Part shown: positions 17,906-26,934 of the stretch, one piece after another
Position numbering within the stretch: position 1 is the stretch's first letter
Layout: each line of letters begins with the position of its first letter
NCBI GenBank assembly: GCA_964012435.1
Contig: CAXGSM010000008.1
Span: 1-58,932 of the forward strand
DNA: 58,932 nucleotides
Source: an uncultured bacterium
GTDB lineage: Bacteria > UBP7 > UBA6624
Direction: 5' to 3'
Notes under the pieces: model-generated
Database searches by the model: none
The model's input: only the letters and a program-made list of their open reading frames with translations
Told to the model about the DNA's origin: nothing
Made by a program: the position numbers and the translations under genes

Positions 17906-18865
17906 TTAGCCTCCAATTTGAGACAAGGACATCCAGGTCTCTTCTTTTGTTTTTAAAGGATTATAAGTTCTTTTATTTTTTATAGTTCTTTTGATTATTT
18001 CTTGAAGATTTTCAATATTTTTATTTCTTAATTCTTGTTTTAAATCAACACCTTTATTTTGATATAGACATACAAATAATTTTCCATCACATGATATTCT
18101 CAATCTTGTGCATTTGTGACACCCAGGATCAGAGGCAGCTGCAATTAAGCCAATTTCTTTTTCCGATTGTTTCATTTTCCTATAAATCGCCGGACTTAAT
18201 CCTGATTCTCTAACGTCTGTTTCTTTAGGAAAAAGTTCAATTAATTTTTTTTCAATATCTTCTGCAGGAATGAATTCATTTTTATGATAATCTGAATTAG
18301 ATGAAAATGACATTAGCTCTATGAATCTCAAACTTACTTCATGTTTTTTAGCAAAGTGTATGAATTCGGGAATTTCGTTGAAGTTTGTCTTCGTGATGAC
18401 TGTGTTTATTTTTATGTTGTTAAAACCCAGTTTTTTTGCTTTTTTTAAAGATTGAAGCACTTTTTTTAGATCTCCATTTCCTGTTGTTTGTTTGAATTTA
18501 TTTGAATCAAGAGACTCTATGCTTATATTGATATTGTCTATTCCTGAAATTATTAAATCATCGATTTTCTCAAAAAGATAATGCCCATTAGTGGTTATTG
18601 ATATTTCTGGCTTTGGATCAAGTGTCGAAAGCATTTGAACTAATGACATTAAGCCTTTTCTAAGTAAAGGCTCCCCTCCAGTTAATCTTATTTTTTTTAA
18701 GCCAATAAGATTATTAAAAACTTTTGCTAATTGAAAATATTCTTCAATTTCCAGAAATTTATTATTTTCAATTGAGTTAATATTTCCATTAGGCAAACAG
18801 TATTTGCATCTGTAATTGCATTTATCAGTTAGCGATATTCGAAGATACTCTTGTTTAACATCCAT
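17906..18865 (-). CDS. moaA: GTP 3',8-cyclase (radical SAM)
   Basis: YLRISLTDKCNYRCKYC, RLTGGEPLLR, RFIELM, CHKCTRLRISCDGKLFVCL, C-terminal IGG. Confidence 0.96.
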   Translation of the reverse strand: MDVKQEYLRISLTDKCNYRCKYCLPNGNINSIENNKFLEIEEYFQLAKVFNNLIGLKKIRLTGGEPLLRKGLMSLVQMLSTLDPKPEISITTNGHYLFEKIDDLIISGIDNINISIESLDSNKFKQTTGNGDLKKVLQSLKKAKKLGFNNIKINTVITKTNFNEIPEFIHFAKKHEVSLRFIELMSFSSNSDYHKNEFIPAEDIEKKLIELFPKETDVRESGLSPAIYRKMKQSEKEIGLIAAASDPGCHKCTRLRISCDGKLFVCLYQNKGVDLKQELRNKNIENLQEIIKRTIKNKRTYNPLKTKEETWMSLSQIGG

Positions 18866-19289
18866 TTTTTATTATTTTTTTAATTTTTGTTAATATTTTT
18901 TGAATATTATCTCGATCACTCCAACCATAGGTTTTAATTTTATGCTCTATTGGCTTGATTGCTAGGTTTAGTAATTTATCTTTTTTGGGGAAAATGATCA
19001 ATTTTGCATCTCTTTCATTTTTTAAAACATTATTCAGTTCAACTGTTATCCTGGGAAGGAAGGTTAAAAAATCAAATATATTTTCTTGATTCTGTATATA
19101 TTTAATTTTCAAATAATGCTCGTTGTTTTGATTGATTATTTTCCTCTCGGTCCAATTTCTATTTGTGCCAGATATCCATAAAACATTTATATCTTGTATT
19201 GTTGCAAGTTTTTGCGCTAATGCCCAATATTTTTTTTTATGGTTTGTTTCGTTTGAGGAGATGCTTCTTGATAATGCGATTATTTTCAT
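18855..19289 (-). CDS. hypothetical protein (weak resemblance to a GT-B glycosyltransferase N-terminal domain)
   Basis: Tightly coupled in the operon; MKIIALS...ALAQKL...INVLWIS alpha/beta pattern. Confidence 0.6.
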   Translation of the reverse strand: MKIIALSRSISSNETNHKKKYWALAQKLATIQDINVLWISGTNRNWTERKIINQNNEHYLKIKYIQNQENIFDFLTFLPRITVELNNVLKNERDAKLIIFPKKDKLLNLAIKPIEHKIKTYGWSDRDNIQKILTKIKKIIKNGC

Positions 19290-19290
19290 C

Positions 19291-19779
19291 TTATTTTTTT
19301 TCCAGGTATTCTTTGATGAATTTATTGTGACAATGAAAGGGTATCATTGGAAGGTTGTTAAATTCAAAAAAATTTAATTCTTGCGCATCGTCTCCTGCTT
19401 TTATTTTAGAAAAATCAGACACTTTCATTTCAACAGCAATTGAAAGTATATCGCCAAAAATTGTCCCATAATGAGAGCATGTTCCAAGCATTTGAACAAC
19501 CTCTCCATCAAGGTTGGTTTCCTCCTTTAGTTCACGTCTTGCTGCTTCTTCAAGCGTTTCTCTTAATTCCATAAACCCACCAGGAAGCCCCCATTCGCCT
19601 ATAGCTGGTTCAAATGCTCTTTTTGCCAAAAGGATTTTGTTGTTTTTTAGGCATATTATTGTTGCTGTTGGTTTTGGATTTTGATAATGGATTGCTGAGC
19701 ATTTTTTACAATGATATCTATTGTTGCCTTCAATAAAGCTAAATGTATTTTTATCGCCACATATTGAACAGTATTTCAT
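19291..19779 (-). CDS. zinc-ribbon NUDIX hydrolase
   Basis: YCSICG...CKKC ribbon, YQNPKP, Nudix box GGFMELRETLEEAARRELKEETNL. Confidence 0.93.
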   Translation of the reverse strand: MKYCSICGDKNTFSFIEGNNRYHCKKCSAIHYQNPKPTATIICLKNNKILLAKRAFEPAIGEWGLPGGFMELRETLEEAARRELKEETNLDGEVVQMLGTCSHYGTIFGDILSIAVEMKVSDFSKIKAGDDAQELNFFEFNNLPMIPFHCHNKFIKEYLEKK

Positions 19780-19846
19780 ATTTAAAAATAAATTTAGTTT
19801 AAAACCTCGTTATCTTTTGTGTGTTTTATTTTTGGGCAATTTTTAT

Positions 19847-20797
19847 TCAATCTACTGAAAGGCCCAATTTTTTGAATATTCCTTTGTAGGAAATTTTCCT
19901 TTCAGATGAATTAATTCTGTTTGCACTCATTCCTAAAGATATATTGATTAGATCGGTTGAGTACATTACAGGTATTGGATCGTTGTTTATTCCAAGGTTT
20001 TTCATTATTTCTTCTTGATATTTGTCTATTGCTTCGAGTCCCCTTGGATCAAGTGTTGCTATGACTTCTGCATTGCCTTCATGTGCGTCTTCGATTATCG
20101 GAGACAGTATTTTTAATGCGTATTCTTTGGAAAGACTGTTAAATTTATTTGATCCGTGTTTTTTTAATTCTGTAGTTAAGTAACCGCCAAGCCATCTATT
20201 GAAAGAGCCCCATTTTACACATTTTCCTCCTGATTTTTCAATCAGAGAGGATATTACGAAAGGGTTATCTGGGTGATCTGATTGAACTTTTGACATCGGC
20301 CTCATTAGTTCAGGAGGTGTATGGACGGCTATTCTTAAAGGGTCAAATTTTTCTCCTCTATCATTACCTAATTTTCTTATAATCAATCTGTCAAATTTCT
20401 TTCCGCCTGTTTGAGCTTTCATCAAATGAAGAATATTAACTGCTTTAAATCTTCCGACATAATCAATCCCAAGAGATTTGACCATGTTTTCTTTTATCTT
20501 TTTGTATTGACTTTCTTGAAGCCTGCTTATGGCTTTTCTGTAAACTTGATAAAGTAAAGGGTCAGCTACAAAAAGCTTGTCATTCCTTGTTGTTTTTTCA
20601 GCAATGCAGAGATTTCTCAGGGTGTATGCTAGAAATTTTGTTTCATCAGTTAGGTAAGGTCCTTCTTCACCTGTATCACTCCAATTTTGAATTGTTTCAT
20701 CATCAATTCCTAATTGTCTTAAGCATACGGAAATGCTGCTTTCGAAATTTTTATATATTGAAGAAAGCATGCCGGATTTGATTATTGTTACTTTCAC
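19847..20797 (-). CDS. HdrB/SdhE (CCG-domain)-like protein lacking the CCG cysteine ligands
   Basis: Colinear with HdrB by eye: LGID...WSDTG, RNLCIAE, LRIAVHTPPELMRP, DHPDNP, IATLDPRG...IDKYQ, IPVMYSTDLINISLG. Confidence 0.75.
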   Translation of the reverse strand: MKVTIIKSGMLSSIYKNFESSISVCLRQLGIDDETIQNWSDTGEEGPYLTDETKFLAYTLRNLCIAEKTTRNDKLFVADPLLYQVYRKAISRLQESQYKKIKENMVKSLGIDYVGRFKAVNILHLMKAQTGGKKFDRLIIRKLGNDRGEKFDPLRIAVHTPPELMRPMSKVQSDHPDNPFVISSLIEKSGGKCVKWGSFNRWLGGYLTTELKKHGSNKFNSLSKEYALKILSPIIEDAHEGNAEVIATLDPRGLEAIDKYQEEIMKNLGINNDPIPVMYSTDLINISLGMSANRINSSERKISYKGIFKKLGLSVD

Positions 20798-21348
20798 TCT
20801 TCTTTTTCTTCCTTTAATGATTGGTTAAAAGTGAAGAATCCAGGTAGATCTTGAATTTCTCTTAATGGCACTCTTTCCTCTTCTTCTTCTTCATCTCCGC
20901 GGAGAAGTTTTTGAAAAAAGCCTTTCTTTTTTTCTTCTTTCTTCTTTTCTTCCTCAAATCCAATATCAGATGGTTGAATTCTGCCCCAATCTTCTAAAGG
21001 GGATATAAAAGAATTGTAAAAATGGAAAATAGGATTATTTGTCGGAGCCATATTTCTTTTTATAGACTCGAATCTTAGCCATTCTAAAACTTTTTCAATA
21101 TCTATATCTTCCGGAGCTATATCTGTAGCACAAAAAGCATCTTGCATCAACCATATATCTATTGAGGAAAGTATGGATTCATCATTAGTCAATATGCCGT
21201 CTATTATTCGTGATAAGCCATTTTCGCATATGTTTCTAGAAGGCATGGAGCCGTCTCCAGCCCACCAATGTTTTAATGGCATGAGGCTGATTCCTGTATC
21301 TTGCTTCAATTTTTCATGAAGATGATTCACTTTTGAAGAATCTTCCAT
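20794..21348 (-). CDS. HdrC-like protein lacking both CxxCxxCxxxCP motifs
   Basis: TGISL..., ILSSIDIWL...PEDIDIEKVLEWLR scaffold of HdrC; overlaps the hdrB-like gene by ATGA-type coupling. Confidence 0.7.
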   Translation of the reverse strand: MEDSSKVNHLHEKLKQDTGISLMPLKHWWAGDGSMPSRNICENGLSRIIDGILTNDESILSSIDIWLMQDAFCATDIAPEDIDIEKVLEWLRFESIKRNMAPTNNPIFHFYNSFISPLEDWGRIQPSDIGFEEEKKKEEKKKGFFQKLLRGDEEEEEERVPLREIQDLPGFFTFNQSLKEEKEE

Positions 21349-21355
21349 CTTTTGA

Positions 21356-21361
21356 ATTCTA
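21356..21361 (-). promoter_or_regulatory. -10 element (TAGAAT) 7 nt before the ATG of the hdrC-like gene, leaderless-type start
   Basis: Minus strand reads TAGAAT-tcaaaag-ATG; no SD. Confidence 0.6.
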
Positions 21362-21404
21362 TTGTTTTTTAAGAATATTATTAACTAAATTAGAATATTC
21401 GTTA

Positions 21405-22571
21405 ATGAAGTTCACTCGCGCTATTGAAAGCTTAAAGCCAGAAGGTGCTTTTGTTGTTCTGGCAAAAGCAAAAGACCTAGAGGCACAAGGCAAAGAAATA
21501 ATTCATTTGGAAATCGGTCAACCTGACTTTCCGACGCCTGCTCATATAGTTTCAAGTGCTAAAAAATCGTTAGATGAGCCTTGGACACATGGATATACTC
21601 CATCCTTAGGCGTTATTGAATTACGAAAAGCTATTGCAAAAGATCTTTCAAAAAGAAGAGGTGTTTCGTTTAGCCATGAGGAAGTAATTGTTTGTCCCGG
21701 AGCAAAACCAGCATTAATGGCTACTGTTCTAGCACTAGTTGAACCAGGTACGAAATTGTTATATCCAGATCCTGGCTTTCCCTCCTATCATTCTCTTTCT
21801 TCCTTTGTTAACGCAGAGGGTGTTGGTATACCTCTTTTAGAAAAAAATGATTTTTGTTTTGATTTAAATTTTTTAGAAAAAGAGATCAAAGGTGCTTCTC
21901 TGCTGATACTAAACTCTCCTGCAAATCCTACTGGTGGCATTTTGAGAAAAGAAGATCTTGAAATTATAGCTAATCTTTGCATTGAAAATGATGTTGCTGT
22001 TTTAAGTGATGAGGTTTATTCACGAATGTGTTATGACGAGGATCATGTGTCTATAGTTACCATTCCTGGAATGAAAGAAAGAACTGTTCTTATAGATGGT
22101 TTTTCAAAAACTTATGCTATGACTGGTTGGAGAGCCGGGTATGCTGCAGCTGATAAATCTCTAATCGATAAGTTGGGTTTATTCATGAATAATAATACTT
22201 CTTGTGTCAACGGGATGACCCAAGCAGCTTGTATAAGTGCTGTTGAGGAAACCCAAGATCCTAGTGAGATGATGATTCAGGAATTCAAAGAGAGAAGAAC
22301 ACTTATAGTAGAGGGCCTCAATCAAGTTCCAGGATTTTCATGCAGGAATCCAGGTGGTGCCTTTTACGCTTTCCCGAATATTAAAAATACCAACATTAGT
22401 GGCAAGGTTATTAGTGACCATATGCTAAACAAAGGGGTTGCCCTCCTTCCAGGAGAGGATTTTGGACAATATGGAGAAGGCTATATACGTCTTTCGTATG
22501 CTAATTCAAGAGAAAATATATCTAAGGCAATAGATATTTTGATTGAAGAAATGCCAAAGATATCTAGATAA
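21405..22571 (+). CDS. PLP-dependent class I/II (aspartate-type) aminotransferase
   Basis: HLEIGQPDF, NSPANPTG, SDEVY, GFSKTYAMTGWRAG, YIRLSYA; ATG 21405 preferred. Confidence 0.95.
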   Translation: MKFTRAIESLKPEGAFVVLAKAKDLEAQGKEIIHLEIGQPDFPTPAHIVSSAKKSLDEPWTHGYTPSLGVIELRKAIAKDLSKRRGVSFSHEEVIVCPGAKPALMATVLALVEPGTKLLYPDPGFPSYHSLSSFVNAEGVGIPLLEKNDFCFDLNFLEKEIKGASLLILNSPANPTGGILRKEDLEIIANLCIENDVAVLSDEVYSRMCYDEDHVSIVTIPGMKERTVLIDGFSKTYAMTGWRAGYAAADKSLIDKLGLFMNNNTSCVNGMTQAACISAVEETQDPSEMMIQEFKERRTLIVEGLNQVPGFSCRNPGGAFYAFPNIKNTNISGKVISDHMLNKGVALLPGEDFGQYGEGYIRLSYANSRENISKAIDILIEEMPKISR

Positions 22572-23462
22572 TTGAATAACAAAGAAATTTCAAACATTTT
22601 AGAAAATTTCATCCCAACAATTTATCGAGACATGCTAGGTGCGAGAGATTGTTCCAGTTTGACAATGGATGCTTATTCGAGACATTGGAAAAATTTCATT
22701 GATTTCATTCGTTCAAATCAACTAGGGAATAATCATGACAGGTATATAGAAAAATATATGTTGATTTTGAAAGATCAAGAATTATCTTCAGCCTCCATAG
22801 ACCAGGCTTTATCCGCAGTTAGAACTCTTTTAAAGTTTGTTTATTCTAGAGGTGGACCTGAGTTAAATCTAGGAAAAAACATTAAAACAAAAAAAAACGA
22901 AAAATTACCTAAGATTTTGTCTGAAAAACAGATTAAAGATGCTATTAATTACTATGAAGGCGAAAATGAAATTACACTTAGAAACAGAACTCTTTTAGAG
23001 ATTTTATACTCAAGTGGCCTAAGGGTAAGTGAAGCTGTATCTGTTCTCATTAAGGATATTTACACGTCTGAAGGCTATATCAGAATCAAAGGTAAAGGAG
23101 GTAAGTTTAGACAGATTCCAATAGGTAAAGAGGCCTTATTGTGGATTCAAAAACATTCAGTTAATAGTGATGGTAAGTATTTGTTTCCCAGTAAGAAATC
23201 AAAAACGCATATCAGCAGAAAAACTGCTTTCATTGTGGTTAAAGAGGCTTTAGCTTCGATCGGTATTGCTAAGGAAGGTTATGGGCCACATGTTTTTCGG
23301 CATGCTTTTGCTTCACACTTGCTTCAAAGGGGGGCAGACTTAAGGGTGATACAGGAGCTTTTGGGCCATTCTGATATTGAAACCACGCAGGTTTACACTC
23401 ATCTTCTTGAAAGAAATGTTAGATCATCTTGGGAGCAATTTCATCCTCATGCTAAAAGTTAA
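22572..23462 (+). CDS. xerD: XerC/XerD-type tyrosine recombinase
   Basis: LYSSGLRVSE, GKGGKFR, PHVFRHAFASHLL, LLGHSDIETTQVYTH, C-terminal HPHA; embedded among housekeeping genes. The XerD versus XerC call is uncertain. Confidence 0.85.
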   Translation: MNNKEISNILENFIPTIYRDMLGARDCSSLTMDAYSRHWKNFIDFIRSNQLGNNHDRYIEKYMLILKDQELSSASIDQALSAVRTLLKFVYSRGGPELNLGKNIKTKKNEKLPKILSEKQIKDAINYYEGENEITLRNRTLLEILYSSGLRVSEAVSVLIKDIYTSEGYIRIKGKGGKFRQIPIGKEALLWIQKHSVNSDGKYLFPSKKSKTHISRKTAFIVVKEALASIGIAKEGYGPHVFRHAFASHLLQRGADLRVIQELLGHSDIETTQVYTHLLERNVRSSWEQFHPHAKS

Positions 23463-23467
23463 TTACC

Positions 23468-23473
23468 TATAAT
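23468..23473 (+). promoter_or_regulatory. -10 element (TATAAT) 7 nt before ATG 23481, leaderless-type start
   Basis: TATAAT-ttaagaa-ATG; no SD. Confidence 0.6.
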
Positions 23474-23480
23474 TTAAGAA

Positions 23481-24167
23481 ATGAATTTTTTAATCATTCT
23501 TAATTTGATTTTATTCGAACCGATTACAGTTCACGGAGAGCCAATTTTATTCAATAATCTTGAGGACAGAATACAGATTGATCTTCCAGAGGGTGGTGAG
23601 ATTTTGGGCCCAGGTTTTTCAATTAATGCAAATTATCTTTTTAGTGAGTATTTTTTAGACAAATCTTTTTCAATGGAAGGTTCAAAAGGTATCGTCTTTG
23701 AAGGTGACTCTATGAAAGTAAATGGCTATGAGTTACTTTTCAAGAATGATTTAGTTAGCATATCAGAATCAGTGAATGGTTATTTTCAAGATTTTAAATT
23801 TGAATCAAATTTGATGATTTTGGATATCCAAAAAAATCAATTCAGCCTTAGTGGCAACGAGGAAAAAACTCTTATTTTTAATAATTTCTTTTCAATTAGT
23901 GCAAATTTTGTTCAATTTAACATGAACGATCAATTTTTAAGTGCTAAAAAAAATGTTTATTTTAATTTTGATAAAAATTCAATGAATTTTCATGGTACAG
24001 CTTTATCTCTTGAATACAAATCTGATTTAGGTTTGTTGAATTTTCATGATGTATTTTTATCTGATGATAAAGGATACGATGTTAAGGCTGAATATTTAGA
24101 ATTGAATGAAAGCAAAAAAGAATTAAATTTAAGTGGTGATTTTGAGATTAGGTTGAAAGATGATTAA
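23481..24167 (+). CDS. exported beta-rich protein, LptA/LptC/OstA-like jellyroll (tentative)
   Basis: Short hydrophobic N-terminus; repeated motifs such as ISANFVQFN, VKAEYLELN..KELNLSGD. Confidence 0.5.
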   Translation: MNFLIILNLILFEPITVHGEPILFNNLEDRIQIDLPEGGEILGPGFSINANYLFSEYFLDKSFSMEGSKGIVFEGDSMKVNGYELLFKNDLVSISESVNGYFQDFKFESNLMILDIQKNQFSLSGNEEKTLIFNNFFSISANFVQFNMNDQFLSAKKNVYFNFDKNSMNFHGTALSLEYKSDLGLLNFHDVFLSDDKGYDVKAEYLELNESKKELNLSGDFEIRLKDD

Positions 24168-25218
24168 ATATATTTTGATAATTGTTATTGCCTTCACAGG
24201 TTTTATTCCTGTATACCAAACATCTATAAATGTTTTACCGAAAGGTGAAGATGCCCATACTGCGCCAATTATTTTTTCTGAAGGTGTTCTTTTCGTTGGA
24301 GCTTCTGGTGTTGCTTACCATTGGCCTGCAGGTTTAGATGTGTGGGATTCAGGATATAAGCTAAGGCTTCATCCCAAGATTGCTTCCATCAATGATCTTT
24401 TCATTTTCCCAAGTGTTTTCTTGCAGGAGGTATCTGCATTTTCAAGCAATGGATCTAAAGTTTGGTCATTGAGAGTTCCAGGAATGCCTTCCGCTCCTTC
24501 TTTATCTGATAATAGCATTTTGATCCATACAAGCAAGGGCTTTTTAACCTTGGTGGATGAAGATGGAAATATATTTCAGCAGGATTTTGTTGATGTTAAA
24601 AGCCAAATGTTTCACAGTTATCCTGTTGTTGTAGATAATGATAAGGTTTTACTTTACGGTTCTAACATGGATGGAAATGGTGGAAATGTCGTTTTGTGGA
24701 GTTTAAGCAATCGAGATGAGATTTGGAGATTTCATCACGAAAGTGTTTTCGTATCACCTCCATCTTTTAACGATAAAACTATAGCGATTAAATCTGGCGA
24801 TTCTGAAGGAAGGATTATTTTGATTGATCTAGAAACAGGCATGCCTGTAGCAAGAATTGGTTTTGCTGGAGCTAATGATTTAAAGTTTACTTCTATTGAC
24901 TCTGAAGGTGATTTTTTTTATTTGACCCTAGATTCAACTGCATTAAAACTTGAAGATAATGGAAATGTTGTTTGGGAATTTAATGGAGAGGGAATTTTTA
25001 CATCTCCTGTAATTTGGGGAGAATATTTAGTTTTAGGTTCAAGGAATACTGCTTCTGAAGATGGAAATGGCATAGGTTTTTTTAACCGTTTAACAGGCGA
25101 TTTGGTTCACTGGCACTCTTTGGAAGATGGAGTGAATGCTGACCCTGTAGTTAGTGAAGATGCATGTATTGTTATTGACTCAAATGGTTTTGCTCATTTT
25201 TTCAAAAATGAGGTCTAG
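24160..25218 (+). CDS. PQQ-like/BamB-like beta-propeller protein
   Basis: Repeated GxxxW blades (GSKVWS, EIWRF, GNVVWEF, GDLVHW) and SPVI/DPVV motifs; N-terminal hydrophobic segment. Confidence 0.78.
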   Translation: MIKYILIIVIAFTGFIPVYQTSINVLPKGEDAHTAPIIFSEGVLFVGASGVAYHWPAGLDVWDSGYKLRLHPKIASINDLFIFPSVFLQEVSAFSSNGSKVWSLRVPGMPSAPSLSDNSILIHTSKGFLTLVDEDGNIFQQDFVDVKSQMFHSYPVVVDNDKVLLYGSNMDGNGGNVVLWSLSNRDEIWRFHHESVFVSPPSFNDKTIAIKSGDSEGRIILIDLETGMPVARIGFAGANDLKFTSIDSEGDFFYLTLDSTALKLEDNGNVVWEFNGEGIFTSPVIWGEYLVLGSRNTASEDGNGIGFFNRLTGDLVHWHSLEDGVNADPVVSEDACIVIDSNGFAHFFKNEV

Positions 25219-26089
25219 ATTGAAAAATATATTGTTGTTTGGACCTACCGCATCTGGAAAAACATCATTATCAATACTTTTAGCAAAGAAAATTGATGCT
25301 GAAATAATCAATATAGATAGCCGTCTTTTTTATAGAGGTATGGATATAGGAACAGCCAAGCCATTAAAAAGTGAAATGGATAATATTCCACATCATTTAA
25401 TTGATATTGCAGATCCTGACATTCAATTTACAGCTGGAGATTGGCTTAAAGCATTTGAAAAAATTTTTAATTCTTTGAAGCAAAAAAAAAGAAACATCAT
25501 TCTTGTTGGAGGCACTGGTTTTTATGTTCGAATTCTTACAGAAGGTTGGGACCTTGGTGCTGTCTCGCCTAACCAAAGCAAAAGAAAAGAATTGCTTGAT
25601 TTAGAAAAATCTGAACCAGGTTATATATTTAATTTATTGAAAAGAATTGATTTTGAAAGCTCAAAAAGAATTGATGAAAACGATTTACCAAGATTAATTA
25701 GAGCTATTGAGATTAGCAAATCAGGTTCACCTGTTGGACAAAAAGAAAAAATTGATTTTGTATCTTTTTACCTAGACACTCCAAAAGGAATGTTGAACAA
25801 AAGAATTGAGGAAAGAAGTGCCATGATGTTTAAGCAAGGCCTGGCAAAAGAATTTAAAAACTTAGTAAAAAAATATGGGAAAAGTTCTATATTGACTAAA
25901 ACTATTGGCTATGCAGAGTTTTTTGATTTTGAAGATTTGGATTCTGTTTTTGAGCAAATTAAGATAAACACTAGAAGACTTGCAAAAAAGCAAAGAACAT
26001 GGGGCAGAGGATTATCTTTAGATTTTAAAATAGATGGAAAGATGAGCCTTGAAAAACAAATTGAATTTATTATTGAGAGTTTAGCATGA
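25208..26089 (+). CDS. miaA: tRNA dimethylallyltransferase
   Basis: GPTASGKT, DSRLFYRGMDIGTAKP, PHHLID, VGGTGFY, TRRLAKKQRTW. Confidence 0.96.
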   Translation: MRSRLKNILLFGPTASGKTSLSILLAKKIDAEIINIDSRLFYRGMDIGTAKPLKSEMDNIPHHLIDIADPDIQFTAGDWLKAFEKIFNSLKQKKRNIILVGGTGFYVRILTEGWDLGAVSPNQSKRKELLDLEKSEPGYIFNLLKRIDFESSKRIDENDLPRLIRAIEISKSGSPVGQKEKIDFVSFYLDTPKGMLNKRIEERSAMMFKQGLAKEFKNLVKKYGKSSILTKTIGYAEFFDFEDLDSVFEQIKINTRRLAKKQRTWGRGLSLDFKIDGKMSLEKQIEFIIESLA

Positions 26090-26934
26090 CGCTTTGTTTT
26101 GGAGCGCATGTTTCTATAGCAGGTGGCGTATGTAATGCTATTGAGCATGCAGAAAGGATTGGCTGTGATTCTTTTCAAATTTTTGTTAAACCAAATCGAC
26201 AATGGAGATTACCCAACATAACAGAAAATGATGCGGATTTCTTCTACAACAAAGCTTTAAATTTTTCTGCCTATCCAGTTGCTCATTCTTCATATTTGTT
26301 AAATCTTGCAAGCTCAAATGAAGTTACATTAAGCAAATCAATTGATACCTTGGTCGCTGAGCTGGAAGCTTGTGACTCTTTAAGAATAAAAGATTTAGTT
26401 TTGCATCCTGGAAGTCATGGTGGAGATGGAGAGGATGTAGGGTTACAAAGAGTAGTTGATTCTCTTGCTGTTGTTTTTGATCGTTTCAATGGCAAGTGCA
26501 ATGTTTGTTTGGAGCTAACAGCTGGAACTGGTTTTAACTTGGGTTATAAATTTGAGCATATATCTTGGATATTGAAAAATGGACCTACAGAGAATTTAAG
26601 TGTATGCCTTGACACTGCGCATGTTTTTGGTGCAGGTTATGACATTTCTAATATGGAAAAATATAAAGAAATCGAATTGTCTTTTGAAGCTTTAATTGGT
26701 TGGAATAATTTGAAATGTTTACATTTAAATGATTCAAAATGTGAATTAGGCAGCAGGAAAGATAGACATGAACACATAGGCAAGGGTTTAATTGGCTTGT
26801 CAGGCTTTCAAAATATTTTATCGACTTGTAACAGTTTTGAAATTCCTGCCATTATCGAAACACCTAAAGGTAAATCAGATGATGCCGATAAGCTCAATTT
26901 AAAGACTCTGAGAGAAATCAGTTGCAAAGTTTAG
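26086..26934 (+). CDS. nfo: endonuclease IV
   Basis: GAHVSIAGG, HSSYLLNL, HPGSH, CLDTAH, HLNDSK, DRHEHIG, ETP. Confidence 0.96.
   Translation: MTLCFGAHVSIAGGVCNAIEHAERIGCDSFQIFVKPNRQWRLPNITENDADFFYNKALNFSAYPVAHSSYLLNLASSNEVTLSKSIDTLVAELEACDSLRIKDLVLHPGSHGGDGEDVGLQRVVDSLAVVFDRFNGKCNVCLELTAGTGFNLGYKFEHISWILKNGPTENLSVCLDTAHVFGAGYDISNMEKYKEIELSFEALIGWNNLKCLHLNDSKCELGSRKDRHEHIGKGLIGLSGFQNILSTCNSFEIPAIIETPKGKSDDADKLNLKTLREISCKV

Noticed and set aside
19780..19846. Moco riboswitch ahead of the moa operon
   Set aside because: The gap is only 67 bp, A-rich on the coding strand and without convincing stems.
22572..23462. Tyrosine recombinase as a prophage or island integrase
   Set aside because: About 300 aa with Xer-type motifs, flanked by housekeeping genes, with no att repeats or phage genes.
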